Part shown: in pieces, positions 62,120 through 64,000 of the stretch
Position numbering within the stretch: position 1 is the first letter of the stretch
How the letters are laid out: each line of letters starts with the position of its first letter
Source: a bacterium
GTDB taxonomy: Bacteria; Patescibacteriota; Minisyncoccia; Phycocordibacterales; UBA5272
Assembly: GCA_023267535.1 (NCBI GenBank)
Contig: JAHFNC010000002.1
Span: forward strand, 55,426 to 119,425
Length of the DNA stretch: 64,000 nucleotides
Direction of reading: 5' to 3'
The notes under the pieces: model-generated
Seen by the model: the letters and a program-made list of their open reading frames with translations, nothing else
The model's database searches: none
What the model was told of the DNA's origin: nothing
Position numbers and translations under genes: made by a program

Positions 62120-63130
62120 GTGAAGATATACTCATTTCTTAAGAAGACCTTTATTCCTCATAGAGGTAACAGTTACAAGCCACATTTTTTCAGAGAATTT
62201 TCTATAAAGATTTTATTAATCACCAGTATTTTTCTACTCGGATTCTCCGCCGGTAGTTCTTTTTTTATACACAAAACAGTTTTAGGAACATCAGTTGTAT
62301 CTTCTGTATTAATTGACCTAACAAATGAAAATCGTTTAGCTTTTAATGAAGACCCGCTCATTCGTAATGATAAATTAAACGAAGCTGCCAAAATGAAAGG
62401 CCAAGATATGGCAAAATTTGGTTACTTTGCTCACAATAGTCCAAAAGGAGTTACTCCGTGGCACTGGTTTACTAAAGTCGGCTACACTTTTTTGTACGCT
62501 GGAGAAAATCTAGCAATCAATTTTACTGATTCCAATGACGTAGAAAATGCATGGCTTAATTCTCCGGCCCACAGAGCAAATCTTTTAAATGTTGATTTCA
62601 AAGAAATTGGAATTGCTACTATTTCCGGAACATACCAAGGCAATTCAACAATCTTTGTGGTGCAAATGTTTGGAACACCACTAAACGCTTCCGCTTTAGA
62701 ATCCACAAGTGACAAAATAGATACCGCAACCGCAACTCCTAAAATAGTTGTCAAAGCTACAACAACATTATCTACAGCGACAACAACATTACTTTTTGCA
62801 AATCCTGAGGTTAAAGGAACAACAACTGAATCATTACAACCAATAATTACCACCAGTGAACTTGCTGTTGTAAAAAATTTAACAAATGGCGAAGTAACAT
62901 CTGTGAAGAAGACGGCAGTAACTTATTCCAAATGGTACGAGAGATTATTATTTGGTGGTTCTCGTTATGTAACCTTTGCGTATGAGTTTTTAATTGCCTT
63001 CGTAACAGTAGCTTTACTGATGATGTTATTTATTGAAATAAAAAGACAACACTGGAGACATATTTCATATGGAGTTTTGATGATAGTCATAATGATTGCT
63101 TTTGTTTATATAAATAATATTTTCTTCTAA
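62120..63130 (+). CDS. CAP (SCP/PR-1) domain membrane protein
   Basis: LTNENR, GYFAHNSP, AGENLA, WLNSPAHRANLL, VVQMFG; GTG start 7 nt after TATAAT. Confidence 0.9.
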   Translation: MKIYSFLKKTFIPHRGNSYKPHFFREFSIKILLITSIFLLGFSAGSSFFIHKTVLGTSVVSSVLIDLTNENRLAFNEDPLIRNDKLNEAAKMKGQDMAKFGYFAHNSPKGVTPWHWFTKVGYTFLYAGENLAINFTDSNDVENAWLNSPAHRANLLNVDFKEIGIATISGTYQGNSTIFVVQMFGTPLNASALESTSDKIDTATATPKIVVKATTTLSTATTTLLFANPEVKGTTTESLQPIITTSELAVVKNLTNGEVTSVKKTAVTYSKWYERLLFGGSRYVTFAYEFLIAFVTVALLMMLFIEIKRQHWRHISYGVLMIVIMIAFVYINNIFF

Positions 63131-63146
63131 AACCCCTTTGAATTTC

Positions 63147-63167
63147 TGTGGAAAAACCTGTGCATAA
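63147..63167. promoter_or_regulatory. Two DnaA-box-like 9-mers
   Basis: TGTGGAAAA and TGTGCATAA, compared with TGTGNATAA. Confidence 0.45.
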
Positions 63168-63206
63168 CTACTATTAACATCTACCTTAGATAGGCATACT
63201 ATTAAA

Positions 63207-63393
63207 TTGTAGGTCGACCCCAAGAATTTAGATCTTTGGAAGCCAGCAGTGTAGTCATCAAGCAAAAACCCGTGGGTGGTTACTGGGCGCCATGATGCCT
63301 TACTTGATAGATTATGCGGAAAGGTTTCATCTAGACATCTTGTCTCGCGAACGAGATGTAACGACATCATATTTCTTTATGATGCCGTTTTTT
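63207..63393 (+). ncRNA. Unassigned structured RNA (long rod with a terminal junction) upstream of dnaG
   Basis: Five nested helices between 63221 and 63342; CATACT -10 at 63195; terminator at 63360-63393. Confidence 0.65.
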
Positions 63394-63447
63394 GTTTATT
63401 TTAAAGGGTTATTTTCTATTTTTATATTATGGTAAAATGAGTAAACG

Positions 63448-64000
63448 ATGAATCCGAAAGACCAAGTTAAAGAGTTGTTGTCTATCACTGATGTGGTGTC
63501 TACTTATATTCGTTTGGAAAAATCTGGGAACCAATTTCGCGCTAGATGTCCATTCCATAACGAAAAAACTCCGTCTTTTTATGTTTCTCCAGAAAGAAGG
63601 TCTTATCACTGCTTTGGTTGCAGCGAACACGGAGATATTTTTTCTTTCGTTGAAAAAATTGAGAACATTCCATTTTTTGATGCTTTAAAAATTTTAGCTG
63701 ACCGTGCTGGAGTTTCTCTTCAAGATGATAAAAGAAATAAAGAAGATTCAAGATTAGTGGCACTACTTAAAGAAGCCACAATCCATTTTGAAAATAATTT
63801 TAATAACAGTGCTGAAGCTAAAAAATATATTTCTGACAGAGGAATAACCGAAGAAACTATCAAAACTTTTCATATTGGTTTTGCAAAAAATGAGTGGCGT
63901 GATTTATTTATATATCTTGCCAGCAAAGGATATTCTCCTGAAGAAATGGAACAAGCCGGAGTCACCATAAAAACAGATAAAGGGTTTTATGACCGATTTC
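63448..64000 (+). CDS. dnaG: DNA primase (3' end runs off the window)
   Basis: Manual translation MNPKDQVKELL...CPFHNEKTPSF...YHCFGC (CHC2 Zn finger)...RGI....IKTFHIGFA. Confidence 0.95.
   Translation, partial: MNPKDQVKELLSITDVVSTYIRLEKSGNQFRARCPFHNEKTPSFYVSPERRSYHCFGCSEHGDIFSFVEKIENIPFFDALKILADRAGVSLQDDKRNKEDSRLVALLKEATIHFENNFNNSAEAKKYISDRGITEETIKTFHIGFAKNEWRDLFIYLASKGYSPEEMEQAGVTIKTDKGFYDRF

Overview
64 kb of AT-rich, genetic code 11 bacterial chromosome. Gene content (short S1, eukaryote-type GlyRS, VirB2-like pilin array, compact type IV pilus operon with comF, CAP protein, almost no metabolic genes) points to a Patescibacteria (Parcubacteria-like) genome; this is an inference. It carries housekeeping genes (hisS, lepB, pth, rpsA, gyrA, glyS, rpmG, ligA, gatCA, glmS, prmC, rpoB, rpoC, dnaG), four tRNAs, and an island next to tRNA-Trp with a two-component system and large Ig-repeat surface proteins. 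The strongest unexplained signal is a free-standing RNA of about 320 nt (47395-47719) with its own promoter and terminator. It contains a self-closing miniature of 23S rRNA domain I: the 5.8S-equivalent helices joined directly to helix 13, with the H10-H12 region missing. Other signals: a second structured RNA before dnaG; a TTCAY-N6-TTCAT box at four island promoters; apparently leaderless core genes versus boxA-like/SD-led orphan genes; two palindromic repeat families, one inserted in frame in prmC; and short duplications at tRNA-fMet and the glyS promoter. All structures and domain calls were read by eye, not computed.
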